Of a DNA stretch of 64,000 nucleotides, positions 63,101-64,000 are shown piece after piece. Every line of letters starts with the position of its first letter. Positions within the stretch are counted from its first letter, which is position 1. The notes beneath the pieces were generated by a model. That model did no database searches. It had not been told where the DNA came from and worked only from the letters and a program-made list of their open reading frames with translations. A program made the translations under genes and the position numbers. This DNA is from Ascidiella aspersa (Eukaryota): the NCBI GenBank assembly GCA_963924565.1, contig OZ004610.1, positions 8,246,001-8,310,000 on the forward strand, given 5' to 3'.

Positions 63101-63432
63101 GAAAATGCCTAGGAAACTTTTGCTAACACTATTCTTTCAATTGTCCAAAATTGTATTATTTAAATAAATGTAAATTTGTTTGTCATTTTAGTGTTGTTTA
63201 GTCATAAACTGTCTGCATGTCATTTAATTATACTCCTTGCAAATCTTTTCAATAAAAAGAACCACTGGTCAAGACTTTTTTGACCGTGTTTCATCTATGA
63301 ATCGTCAGACAAAATCTAGCTTATAGCACACTTACCTGCAGCACATGTAAATGAGGATCGCGATCGCGATAATAAGCAGGATGAGCAGAATTACGAATCC
63401 AATCATGAACCCGCTGTTCGGTTCATCACAAC
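57135..63432 (-). CDS. Single-pass type I membrane protein, 3' portion (ectodomain outside window). Exons 63432-63336 (TM), 62631-62543, 61885-57135 (4.75-kb terminal exon)
   Basis: Exon 63432-63336 gives CDEPNSGFMIGFVILLILLIIAIAILIYMCCR (hydrophobic helix plus juxtamembrane CC). The next exon gives RRRAYLRSRSSKGYSLPVEIERSRVDLGG (stop-transfer). A phase-1 join (ANGNLLDIIDMEHTET...) leads into the 1573-aa ORF. All junctions are GT-AG. Confidence 0.82.
58830..60870 (-). repeat. Coding tandem repeat: 40 units of 51 bp (some 48 bp), consensus QNQSRNSLYDGKDSSDI, with 303-bp and 252-bp higher-order blocks
   Basis: Units counted in the translated ORF; offsets of repeated off-frame ORFs (59312, 59615, 60170, 60473) show 303- and 555-bp periodicity. 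Confidence 0.95.
62714..62782 (-). mobile_element. tRNA-derived SINE head or tRNA pseudogene
   Basis: Minus strand has A-box-like TAACTTAGTCGG and B-box-like AGTTCGAATC at tRNA spacing, but no convincing cloverleaf. Confidence 0.5.
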
Positions 63433-63584
63433 CTGTATTACACACATTTTGTTACACGTGTGCCTAATGTTAAGAGGTAAATTAAGTTATGCAATGGCTT
63501 TTGATTGACACTTTTTCACAACAACAAACCCATTTTTTGATATGACAATCAAAGCTAAACATTATACGACCGTGATATTAAACA

Positions 63585-64000
63585 CAAACCTTGCACTTTA
63601 AATAATCTTTGCTTCCAACTATTTGTCTAATTTGGAAGCCATACGCCAATTGGCGATTCGCAGACAACTTTTTATTTATGTATATAGTACATTACAGCGA
63701 AAGTAATATAACTCGTTTATTAGTGTAACTTTACACCTCACACTTTTCATTTTTAAATTTTGTCGTTTCATCGGGCATTAGTAGTTAGTTTTACAACTAT
63801 TTCATCTAAGTAATAACTGCTAATTCAAAGCTGAACGACCGTTATATTTAGCACATACCTTGCGCTTAAAATATAATGTTTGTTTGCAACTGTATTTGTC
63901 TAGTTTGGAAGCCATACGCCAATTGGCAATTTGCAGACAAACTTGTATCTATGTCTCATATATTACAGCGAAAGTAAAATAACTAATTATACACCTCACA
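63585..64000. repeat. ~270-bp tandem duplication (63585-63742 vs 63855-64000)
   Basis: Shared blocks TATTTGTCTA(A/G)TTTGGAAGCCATACGCCAATTGGC, GCAGACAA, ATTACAGCGAAAGTAA and TACACCTCACA. Confidence 0.85.

Overview
Eukaryotic, AT-rich, compact animal genomic DNA with spliceosomal introns. Protein similarity to vertebrate orthologues, gene density and exonic TGACGTCA enrichment fit an invertebrate chordate, probably an ascidian (inference). Genes left to right: the 3' RhoGAP end of a BCR/ABR orthologue (+); a C3orf38/DUF4518-like gene (-); head-to-head with it, an intronless TTC4 followed 367 bp later by MNAT1 (+, possible operon or shared transcription unit); a ~26-kb uncharacterised gene (+) that splices into a ~3,340-aa nuclear scaffold-like protein with a 6.5-kb exon, two predicted folded domains, SUMO/SIM and ATF7IP-type motifs and candidate alternative C-termini; a NUPR1/p8 homologue (-) head-to-head with POLR3G/RPC7 (+, probable GC-AG intron); and the 3' part of a single-pass membrane protein gene (-) whose ~1,600-aa cytoplasmic tail has 40 tandem 16-17-aa repeats, 29 with a tyrosine motif. 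Non-coding DNA holds many non-autonomous DNA transposons (some nested, some with perfect 8-bp TSDs), a tRNA-like SINE head and micro/minisatellites. No transposase, CRISPR array, rRNA or intact tRNA was seen. All exon structures and homology calls were made by eye and from recalled sequences, without a database search.
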